A stretch of DNA of 36,669 nucleotides from Candidatus Binatia bacterium. Lineage in GTDB: Bacteria > Desulfobacterota > Binatia > Bin18. Positions 26,892 to 36,669 of the stretch are shown piece by piece. The notes below the pieces were generated by a model, which saw only the letters and a program-made list of their open reading frames with translations, was not told where the DNA came from and ran no database searches. A program made the position numbers and the translations under genes. Each line of letters starts with the position of its first letter. The first letter of the stretch is position 1. The stretch covers positions 1-36,669 of the forward strand of contig JBFWZL010000002.1 of the NCBI GenBank assembly GCA_050185455.1. The letters run 5' to 3'.

Positions 26892-26991
26892 ATTTGAAAA
26901 ACAGTTCTAAACCTAACTTTCTTAGAAATTCAGGTTTACTTAGCTACAGAATGATGGTAAGATTTGTGATCTGTAAGAGCGCAAAAAATAA

Positions 26992-29427
<2,436 letters not shown>

Positions 29428-29502
29428 CGGCAATCCCCAAAACCCTTTTCTCCTTTTTTAAGGATTCTAGGGCACGAAAATACGCTAGTAGGACCATTGC
29501 GG

Positions 29503-32016
29503 ATGGAAAATTCAGCGAACGGGCATCTTATTCCAGTCAATATTGAACAGGAAATGCGGCAATCCTTTATGGACTACGCGATGAGCGTCATTATCAGCAG
29601 AGCGCTGCCAGACGTTCGCGACGGTCTCAAACCTGTCCATCGTCGCGTCCTCTATGCAATGTCTGAATTGAGCAATGATTGGAACCGCCCATACAAGAAA
29701 TCCGCTCGCATTGTTGGGGATGTCATCGGAAAGTATCATCCTCATGGGGATGTGGCGGTCTACGACACCATCGTGCGAATGGCGCAAGATTTCTCCCTTC
29801 GTTATCCCCTGGTTGACGGGCAAGGCAATTTTGGCTCAATCGACGGCGATCCTCCAGCAGCAATGCGTTACACCGAGATCCGCATGACTCGCATTGCCAG
29901 CGAACTCCTAGAGGACATTGACAGAGAGACTGTTGACTTCATACCGAACTACGATGACACGAGTAAAGAGCCAGTTGTTCTGCCGGCAAAACTTCCCAAT
30001 CTCCTCATCAATGGCTCTTCAGGCATTGCTGTTGGTATGTCCACTAACATTCCCCCGCATAATCTCGGAGAGGTGGTCGATGCGCTCCTTGCTTTGATTG
30101 ACAATCCAAGCCTCAGTATTTCTGATCTCATGAAATATATTCCTGGGCCGGATTTCCCAACAGGCGCCTTCATTTATGGCGTATCTGGAGTACGTGAGGC
30201 GTACGAAACAGGAAAAGGCATCGTCCAAATGCGAGCTCGTACATCTATTGAGATAGATAAACGTAGCGGAAAGAACTGCATTATTGCCGAGGAAATCCCT
30301 TTTCAGGTCAATAAAGCCCGCCTCATAGAACGTATGGCTGAACTGGTCAACGAGAAACGTCTCGAAGGCATATCGGATCTGCGGGACGAGTCTGACCGGG
30401 ACGGGATGCGGATCGTTATCGAGCTGAAGCGCGACGCCGTTCCCAATGTCGTCCTGAATCAACTGTACAAAATGACTCCTTTACAGGAGTCTTTCGGCAT
30501 CATCTTTCTTGCGATCGTGGATGGTCGTCCTCTCCTGCTGACCCTAAAAGATGCGTTGTTGTACTTTCTTACCCATCGGCGAGAGGTCATTCAACGTAGG
30601 ACGATCTTTGATCTGGGAAAAGCACAGGAGCGCCTTCATATTCTAGAAGGGCTAAAAATTGCGCTCGATAACCTCGATGCGGTACTCCAGCTCATTCGAA
30701 CTGGGCAGAACCCGGGGAGTGTCCGGCAGGGGCTGATGACGCAGTTTTCCTTGAGCGATGTACAGGCGCAGGCAATTCTCGACATGCGCCTCCACCGCCT
30801 AACGCAGCTAGAGCAGGGAAAAATTCTGGCTGAACATACGGAAACACTCGCTCTTATCAACCGCTTGCAGGAAGTTCTAGCTAGCGCATTCGAGATAAAC
30901 GCTCTTATCAAAGAAGAACTGACCGATCTTCGCACTCGCTTTGCCGATGAACGCCGCACTCAGATCGTGTTTGAGACGACCGATCTTTCCGCGGAAGATC
31001 TGATCGCGGAAGAAGATATGGTCGTCACTATCTCTCACGAAGGCTATATCAAGAGAAATCCCACAACGTTGTATCGCTCTCAGCGACGCGGGGGAAAAGG
31101 CGTCGTCGGAGCTACTACCAGAGAGGAAGATTTCGTCGAGCATCTTTTTATTTCTTCCACCCATGCGTTCTTACTGTTCTTCACTACCATAGGTCGGGTG
31201 CATTGGGTAAAAGTCCATGAAATCCCTCAAGGGAGTAGAACGGCAAAAGGAAAAGCGATCATCAACCTTTTGCCGTTGAGAGAAGAAGAAAAAATCTCTG
31301 CGTATCTTCCCGTAAAAGAGTTTCAAGAGGGGCACTATGTTGTCTTTGCCACTCGTAAAGGGCTCGTTAAGAAAACTGAACTGATGGCGTATGGGAACCC
31401 GCGCCGCGATGGCATCATTGCTCTTTCCCTTGAAGAGGATGATGAAGTCATCGGAGTGAAGCTCACAGATGGGAAGCAAGAAATTCTTCTCTCCACGAAA
31501 AAAGGGCAAGCTATCCGCTTTTCCGAAGAAGAAGTGAGGCCCACAGGCAGAGGAACTTACGGAGTAAAAGGCATCACCTTGGATGAAGGAGACGCTGTTG
31601 TTTCTCTTGAAATATTGAATAAAGAATCGACTCTGCTCACTGTTTCCTCTGGAGGGTACGGAAAACGCAGCGAGATCGATGAATACCGGGTACAGTCGCG
31701 TGGGGGAAAAGGCGTCATCACCATGCGTATGACTGAAAAGACTGGAGATGTGATCAGCGTACGGCAAGTGACGGACGATGACCACCTTATGTTAATAACC
31801 GACAGCGGACGCATCATCCGGCTTCGTATGTCTGAACTCCGCGTTATCGGACGAAATACGCAAGGTGTACGTCTTTTCAACGTTGGCCCTGAGGAAAGAG
31901 TAGCAAGTCTTGCACTGCTAGCAGAAAAGGAGGATGAAGTAGAAGCCGAAGAAAGTTCGATCGTTTTGGAGGAAGTCTCTATTGTTGAAGATCAAACAAA
32001 CCACACGGTGGAATAA
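29503..32016 (+). CDS. gyrA: DNA gyrase subunit A
   Basis: [32 protein letters not shown], active-site AAMRYTE, C-terminal beta-pinwheel repeats, acidic tail. ATG at 29503 is preferred over the TTG at 29497. Confidence 0.97.
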   Translation: MENSANGHLIPVNIEQEMRQSFMDYAMSVIISRALPDVRDGLKPVHRRVLYAMSELSNDWNRPYKKSARIVGDVIGKYHPHGDVAVYDTIVRMAQDFSLRYPLVDGQGNFGSIDGDPPAAMRYTEIRMTRIASELLEDIDRETVDFIPNYDDTSKEPVVLPAKLPNLLINGSSGIAVGMSTNIPPHNLGEVVDALLALIDNPSLSISDLMKYIPGPDFPTGAFIYGVSGVREAYETGKGIVQMRARTSIEIDKRSGKNCIIAEEIPFQVNKARLIERMAELVNEKRLEGISDLRDESDRDGMRIVIELKRDAVPNVVLNQLYKMTPLQESFGIIFLAIVDGRPLLLTLKDALLYFLTHRREVIQRRTIFDLGKAQERLHILEGLKIALDNLDAVLQLIRTGQNPGSVRQGLMTQFSLSDVQAQAILDMRLHRLTQLEQGKILAEHTETLALINRLQEVLASAFEINALIKEELTDLRTRFADERRTQIVFETTDLSAEDLIAEEDMVVTISHEGYIKRNPTTLYRSQRRGGKGVVGATTREEDFVEHLFISSTHAFLLFFTTIGRVHWVKVHEIPQGSRTAKGKAIINLLPLREEEKISAYLPVKEFQEGHYVVFATRKGLVKKTELMAYGNPRRDGIIALSLEEDDEVIGVKLTDGKQEILLSTKKGQAIRFSEEEVRPTGRGTYGVKGITLDEGDAVVSLEILNKESTLLTVSSGGYGKRSEIDEYRVQSRGGKGVITMRMTEKTGDVISVRQVTDDDHLMLITDSGRIIRLRMSELRVIGRNTQGVRLFNVGPEERVASLALLAEKEDEVEAEESSIVLEEVSIVEDQTNHTVE

Positions 32017-32025
32017 GGAGGATTT

Positions 32026-32496
32026 ATGAGTGTTCAAATAGGACAAAAGGCCCAGGATTTTACGCTAAAAACCAATAAGATGCAGGATTTTAAGTTAAGC
32101 GACCTACAAGGGAAGAAAAATGCTGTCCTTCTCTTTGTACCGCTCGCCTTTACTGGTGGATGCACGAAAGAATTTTGCTCCGTGCGAGACAATATCAACA
32201 CCCTCCAAAATGATAACACCCAGGTTGTAGGAATCAGCGTCGATAGTCCCTTTTCACTTGATGCATGGGCGAATAAGGAGGGGTACAACTTCCCCCTCTT
32301 AAGCGACTTCAACAAAGAAGTATCTACTGCTTATGGAGCGATCTATGAAAACCTTCTCGGCTTCAAAGGCGTGGCCAAACGGTCTGCTTTTGTCGTCGAT
32401 AAACAGGGAGTTGTTCGCTACGCGTGGGTCAGTGAGGACGCCGGAAAGTTGCCAGATCTCGACCCAATCCGTGACTGCTTAAATCAATGCGGCTGA
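32026..32496 (+). CDS. bcp: peroxiredoxin, BCP/PrxQ-like (Cys-x4-Cys)
   Basis: AVLLFVPLAFTGGCTKEFC matches the PxxxTxxC peroxidatic motif, with a resolving Cys 5 residues downstream. AAGGAGG RBS lies in the 9-nt gap after gyrA. Confidence 0.8.
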   Translation: MSVQIGQKAQDFTLKTNKMQDFKLSDLQGKKNAVLLFVPLAFTGGCTKEFCSVRDNINTLQNDNTQVVGISVDSPFSLDAWANKEGYNFPLLSDFNKEVSTAYGAIYENLLGFKGVAKRSAFVVDKQGVVRYAWVSEDAGKLPDLDPIRDCLNQCG

Positions 32497-32505
32497 TTTC
32501 TTCCT

Positions 32506-32535
32506 GGGGCAGGAACGAAGCCTGCCCCTTATTAT
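32506..32535. terminator. bidirectional intrinsic terminator between prx and the convergent small membrane gene
   Basis: Perfect 8-bp stem GGGGCAGG/CCTGCCCC with loop AACGAAG, followed by TTATTATT. Confidence 0.7.
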
Positions 32536-32765
32536 TCTTGTTTCTTTGGTAAGAACAGAAGCGCTACAACCGCCCAAATGCCAAAACAGAAACCTAGCGT
32601 CATCCATAAATTCTTAGGGTATCCATTATTGCGTGCAAAAAGGCGGCACATCATGCCGTCAAGTAAGTGAACAATAACAGTTGTGGCAATGAGTGAAGGA
32701 AAAGAAAGGTTTCCTCCTAGTATACGCAATCCAGTGAAGTAGCCAAAAAATGTTTCAAAGTTCAC
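32532..32765 (-). CDS. small membrane protein, unknown function
   Basis: 77 aa with two hydrophobic helices. C-terminal NGYPKNLWMTLGFCFGIWAVVALLFLPKK resembles a common small-membrane-protein pattern. Confidence 0.5.
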   Translation of the reverse strand: MNFETFFGYFTGLRILGGNLSFPSLIATTVIVHLLDGMMCRLFARNNGYPKNLWMTLGFCFGIWAVVALLFLPKKQE

Positions 32766-32837
32766 GAGTGTTTTGTTCCTTTAGCAAGGGTTCTGCTATA
32801 CATGGAGAGAAGCGGAAGGTAAAGATTCCCATTCACA

Positions 32838-33218
32838 ATGAGAAAAGAAGAAAAATCACTGTTCGAGAAACTGTACGAAGCAAGCGAGGAACAAGCGTCC
32901 CGTTTCGCGAAAGAAGTTATTTCACATCCGTCCTTTTCTTCCGTTATGGAGAAGACTCTGCGCAACGCCATGGAAGCGAAAGGGAAAATTGACAAGAATG
33001 TTGATCAATTGCTTGGTCTTCTCAATATTCCTTCAAAATCCGATTACAATAAATTACTAGCCAAGGTAGAAGCTCTCCAAGGCAGCTTGGTGAATTTGAA
33101 TATAAAAATTGACCGATTAAGCGCTGCTCTTGAGAAGCCGAAACGGGCTCCCCGGCGAAAAACTCAACGCTCTTCTATAATGACCTCGTCCAAACCCACT
33201 TCGTCTATCCCACATTAA
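32838..33218 (+). CDS. coiled-coil protein, possibly phasin / PHA-granule-associated family
   Basis: LLGLLNIPSKSDYNKLLAKVEALQ resembles the phasin (lnlPtrkDv..L..ri..Le) motif. Basic low-complexity tail. Family call from memory only. Confidence 0.45.
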   Translation: MRKEEKSLFEKLYEASEEQASRFAKEVISHPSFSSVMEKTLRNAMEAKGKIDKNVDQLLGLLNIPSKSDYNKLLAKVEALQGSLVNLNIKIDRLSAALEKPKRAPRRKTQRSSIMTSSKPTSSIPH

Positions 33219-33316
33219 ATCAATTACTCACCTTTCGTCGATCTCACGCCTTGGTGTCTTAAATCAGAAAAATTTGTGTGGTATCCTTATTTACAAGAAA
33301 GGGTGATGAAATATTT

Positions 33317-34393
33317 ATGAAGAAGCACTTTCGAAAAGAGCTTTGGTGGGTAGGGGCAGTAGCGGGGATCGTGCTCCTTTTTCCCGATTACTCCTTTTCC
33401 TGGGATGAGAAAAATTTTTTTGCTCTCGATAAAATAGTCTCCCGTCCCTTTTCTCTTCCCAATGGACCGAACGACTTGGAAGCACGGACAGTCGTTGGCT
33501 TTCCGCAAACGTATGCTCTGCAGAAGCAGGATACCTTGCTTGATATCGCGCGCTACTTCGACCTGGGTTATAACGAAATTGTCGGTGCATATCCGGATAT
33601 TGATCCCTGGCTCCCAAGCCCGGGAGAGGAAGTTTTCACTGAACTTTCTATACCCACCTGGTGGGTGTTGCCCAAGAGCGGCAATGAAGGGATTGTTGTT
33701 AATATTCCCGAGATGCGCCTCTACTATTTTCCCCCGCTCGATAAAAAACTTAACAACCGCCTCGTCATCACTCTCCCTGTTGGGTTAGGGAGGGAAGATT
33801 GGCCGACGCCAACCGCAAAGTTCAAGGTCATTGGAAAAACTCCAAATCCAACCTGGGTTATTCCTGAGTCTATTAAGCAGGAGCGGATCAAGGAGAAAGG
33901 ATGGAGCGAAGACTTCATTCCCGCTGGCTCTCCGGATAATCCGATGGGTAAGTACCGCCTGGACCTGACGTTACCGCTCTACAAAATTCATGACACGAAT
34001 AACCCTTGGGCTGTCGGACGCCTCGTTACCCATGGATGCATCCGCATGTATCCTGAAGATATTGCTCAATTCTTCGACGTTGTGAGAGTTGGTGTGCCAG
34101 GGGAGTTTGTCTATCAGCCGGTCAAAATCGGCATGCTCTATCGAAAAGTCTATGTGGAAGTGCATGAAGACATCTACAAGCTGGTTCCAGATCTTTGGGA
34201 AGAAGCAATGAGAGTTGTACGGGAAAGCGGGTATGAGGACATGATCGACCTTACTCTACTCACGAAAGCCCTCCTGAAAAAGACCGGGATACCGACGGAC
34301 GTTACGAAAGAAAAGCGTACGGAACTCGGCGGTGAAGTCGCTTCCTTTGAGACGGAAGAACTCAATCATGGAATTAAAAGTTCACTCGACTAA
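33317..34393 (+). CDS. L,D-transpeptidase (YkuD domain) with LysM-like domain and N-terminal anchor/signal
   Basis: Catalytic HGCIRMYPEDI motif. LysM-like segment YALQKQDTLLDIARYFDLGYNEIV. Hydrophobic N-terminus after MKKHFRKE (ATG 33317). Confidence 0.85.
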   Translation: MKKHFRKELWWVGAVAGIVLLFPDYSFSWDEKNFFALDKIVSRPFSLPNGPNDLEARTVVGFPQTYALQKQDTLLDIARYFDLGYNEIVGAYPDIDPWLPSPGEEVFTELSIPTWWVLPKSGNEGIVVNIPEMRLYYFPPLDKKLNNRLVITLPVGLGREDWPTPTAKFKVIGKTPNPTWVIPESIKQERIKEKGWSEDFIPAGSPDNPMGKYRLDLTLPLYKIHDTNNPWAVGRLVTHGCIRMYPEDIAQFFDVVRVGVPGEFVYQPVKIGMLYRKVYVEVHEDIYKLVPDLWEEAMRVVRESGYEDMIDLTLLTKALLKKTGIPTDVTKEKRTELGGEVASFETEELNHGIKSSLD

Positions 34394-34757
34394 GAAATAC
34401 GAAGTCATCGACATTACAGCCCAAGTGTCCGAAGCCGTTCGGGGATCGAATGTCGGTGAGGGGATCTGTTGTGTATATGTTCCGCATGCAACGGCGGCTG
34501 TCGTTGTGAATGAAAACGACGACATGCAAATCGGTCAAGATCTTCTGGACGCCCTCGATAAAATGGTGCCTGAAGGGATCTGGAGACATGACAAAATCGA
34601 TAGCAACGGAGCTGCGCACCTTAAGTCGGCGATTCTTGGTCCGAGTGAAACAATTCCTGTTCAAGGGGGAAGACTTGCTTTAGGAACATGGCAATCTATC
34701 ATGTTTGTCGAACTTGATGGTCCCCGTGACCGTAAAGTGATTGTGACAGTAAAATAG
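34368..34757 (+). CDS. YjbQ/UPF0047 family protein (secondary thiamine-phosphate synthase-like)
   Basis: MELKVHSTKKYEVIDIT..VPHATAAVVVNENDD..HLKSAILGPS..G.LALGTWQSI pattern. Overlaps the preceding gene by 26 nt. Confidence 0.85.
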   Translation: MELKVHSTKKYEVIDITAQVSEAVRGSNVGEGICCVYVPHATAAVVVNENDDMQIGQDLLDALDKMVPEGIWRHDKIDSNGAAHLKSAILGPSETIPVQGGRLALGTWQSIMFVELDGPRDRKVIVTVK

Positions 34758-34833
34758 AAATTGCAAGTTGCGGATTTGGGATTGCGGATTGAAAAACAGA
34801 TAATTCGCAATCTGCAATTTACAATCCGCAATG
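34757..34833. repeat. cluster of ATTGCGGATT-like 10-11-mers in both orientations in a convergent spacer
   Basis: ATTGCGGATTG (34781-34791) and its exact reverse complement CAATCCGCAAT (34822-34832). Related copies: TTGCGGATTT (34768-34777), AATTCGCAAT (34802-34811), and AAATTGCAAG (34758-34767) versus CTGCAATTT (34812-34820). Confidence 0.5.
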
Positions 34834-34843
34834 AGGCGACGTC

Positions 34844-35650
34844 CTACTGCTCTTCATACCACTGAATTGCTCCACGTAACCCTCGTTCCTTCTGAACTTT
34901 TCTAATCTCTTCATTCCCCGGGCCAAAATGGAAAATAGCATCGTACTCGGCGCCAGAGAGAACGGAAGCGCGAAAGCCACGCAAGTCCATTGCTCGATTA
35001 ATTGCCATCTTTTCGAGCTGTAGTTTTTGCGCCGGCACTTTGGCGACCCTCCTGGCATAGCTGTACGTTTCTTCCTCTAGTTTCTCAGCAGGAAACGCAC
35101 GGGTAGCAAACCCCATTGCCTCCGCTTCTTTCCCACTAATCTGGCTACCGGGAAGGAAAGCGAGGTACTTGGTTCGATGCGGACCGACCATCCAATTCCA
35201 GAAAGCGCTGACGTAACCAGCCCCTGCAGGAATGGAGGGAAACCCGATCTTGGAGTTTTCGGCGACAAAAATCATATCTGTACAGATACAGATTTGTGTC
35301 GCCCCAGCTAGGCAATAGCCGTGTACCATTGCAATTACCGGTTTCGGAAGATCGCGCAGGCGGAGCCAATTTTCCACATAGCGCTGCAAGACTCTCCGGT
35401 CATCATCAATGGTAAAGGGCTTTCCACTCCCGTCTCCCCATCCTCCACTGAGATCGTACCCAGTAGAAAATGCTCTCCCAGAGCCACGAATGATTAACAC
35501 TTTGATGTCAGGGTCTTTTTCCACCTGATTAATGGCCTCAACGAACTCAGTAATAAGTGCTGGGCTCAAAGCATTTAGTTTTTCCGGGCGATTCAATGTG
35601 AGCGTGCCGATGCGTTCCTTTTTTTCCAAAGTAATAGCGGTGAACTCCAT
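34844..35650 (-). CDS. enoyl-CoA hydratase/isomerase (crotonase) family protein
   Basis: IGTLTLNRPEKLNAL..., ..IAMVHGYCLAGA.. oxyanion-hole pattern. GGGGGAAG RBS before ATG 35650. The upstream 39 codons of the track ORF have no support. Confidence 0.85.
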   Translation of the reverse strand: MEFTAITLEKKERIGTLTLNRPEKLNALSPALITEFVEAINQVEKDPDIKVLIIRGSGRAFSTGYDLSGGWGDGSGKPFTIDDDRRVLQRYVENWLRLRDLPKPVIAMVHGYCLAGATQICICTDMIFVAENSKIGFPSIPAGAGYVSAFWNWMVGPHRTKYLAFLPGSQISGKEAEAMGFATRAFPAEKLEEETYSYARRVAKVPAQKLQLEKMAINRAMDLRGFRASVLSGAEYDAIFHFGPGNEEIRKVQKERGLRGAIQWYEEQ

Positions 35651-35827
35651 ACTTCCCCCTTTTCGTGTAGTGTTTTTGTGTCCACAGGAAAGAGGATAGC
35701 CGTTCGTTTCAAGCCTGTCGAAGCCAGTTCTGAATTCCTCGAAGAAGAAAAACGACCGCTGGCGCAAGAAACGTTGTCGGCATAAGCTGTGCGCCGATCA
35801 ATTTCTGTCTCTGAAAAGGAGAATCCC

Positions 35828-36669
35828 ATGAAAGCGATTCGTGTACACGAGTTTGGTCCTCCGGAAGTGCTCAAGCTGGAAGAAGTATCCGACCCCAAGC
35901 CCGATCCTGGCCAAGTAGTAGTTCGGATTCACGCCGCCGGCGTGAATCCGGTAGAAACGTACATCCGCTCTGGTATTTATCCAAAGCCTCCTACGCCAGA
36001 CACTCCTTATACCCCGGGTGCGGACGGCGCTGGGCTTATCGAAACAGTAGGTGAAGGAGTGACCCGCGTGAAAGTCGGCGACCGTGTCTATACCGCGGGA
36101 TCGCTGACTGGCACTTATGCGGAGAAGGCTCTCTGTAAAGAAACACAAGTATATCCTCTCCCTGAGCGTGCTTCTTTCGCCCAAGGAGCCTCAATGTTTG
36201 TTCCTTATGGAACTGCGTATCGTTCTTTGTTCCAACGAGCGCATGCAGGCCCTGGCGAGGTCGTTTTCGTTCATGGCGCCAGTGGTGGCGTTGGCATTGC
36301 CTCGGTGCAGCTGGCGCGAGCGGCGGGTATGAAAGTGATCGGTTCAGCTGGCACAGAAGAGGGAAGAAAACTTATTATTGAGCAGGGTGCTCATCATGCT
36401 CTTGACCATCGTTCCCCTGGATATCTGGAGCAAATCATGAAACTGACAAACGGACGCGGCGCCAATGTCATTCTAGAGATGCTCGCGAATGTAAACCTTG
36501 GCAATGATTTGCAAGTGCTAGCCTTCGGTGGGCGTGTCGTGATTATTGGCAATAGAGGAACGAACAATCAAGGAACCGTGGAAATTAATCCACGTGCAGC
36601 CATGCAGCGCGATGCTGCTATCCTTGGCATGACGCTGGTGAACGTATTGCCCTCCGATATGGAAAAAAT
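35828..36669 (+). CDS. zinc-independent MDR-family NADPH:quinone oxidoreductase (zeta-crystallin-like), 3' end cut by window edge
   Basis: Not in the ORF track because it has no stop. Hand translation: MKAIRVHEFGPPEVLKLEEV..VRIHAAGVNPVETY..VHGASGGVGIASVQLA. AAGGAGA RBS upstream. Confidence 0.85.
   Translation, partial: MKAIRVHEFGPPEVLKLEEVSDPKPDPGQVVVRIHAAGVNPVETYIRSGIYPKPPTPDTPYTPGADGAGLIETVGEGVTRVKVGDRVYTAGSLTGTYAEKALCKETQVYPLPERASFAQGASMFVPYGTAYRSLFQRAHAGPGEVVFVHGASGGVGIASVQLARAAGMKVIGSAGTEEGRKLIIEQGAHHALDHRSPGYLEQIMKLTNGRGANVILEMLANVNLGNDLQVLAFGGRVVIIGNRGTNNQGTVEINPRAAMQRDAAILGMTLVNVLPSDMEK

Overview
This is a bacterial chromosomal window centred on the replication origin. The order is hemL-atpZ-atpI-atpB-atpE on the minus strand, a DnaA-box cluster, dnaA, a dense DnaA-box/unwinding region, then dnaN-gyrB-gyrA-prx on the plus strand. 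There is no recF.

The left 23 kb holds metabolic and accessory genes:
- a truncated DUF4243-like gene, a BtuF-like binding protein with a small zinc-ribbon gene, and miaB;
- an orphan PAS histidine kinase, an ArsC-type reductase, and an NRAMP-like transporter;
- a soluble Aer-like PAS/MCP protein and tRNA-Arg(CCT);
- an N-acylglucosamine-2-epimerase (AGE)-family gene destroyed by an IS256-family insertion plus a nonsense codon;
- an LLM oxidoreductase with a signal peptide, an uncharacterised repeat/Cys4 protein, glcDEF, a MaoC dehydratase, asd, and an FmdB zinc ribbon.

The right end carries a small membrane protein, a phasin-like protein, an L,D-transpeptidase, a YjbQ-family protein, a crotonase and a truncated quinone oxidoreductase.

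Most notable observations:
1. The ArsC gene has an in-frame TGA exactly at the catalytic-Cys codon, followed by a SECIS-compatible hairpin. It is probably a selenoprotein that ORF callers truncate.
2. The dnaA-dnaN spacer has six perfect DnaA boxes head-to-tail at 11-12 bp phasing. These are followed by box pair / C5 cluster / (CTA)5 DnaA-trio-like tract / long polypurine tract.
3. The IS256 insertion is clean, with a 9-bp target duplication.
4. An unknown protein with an internal duplication and a Cys4 C-terminal domain lies in the glcDEF gene string.

I saw no CRISPR array, rRNA or recognisable defence system. I cannot claim a multi-gene novel system from sequence alone. All family calls come from motif recognition by eye, with no database search.
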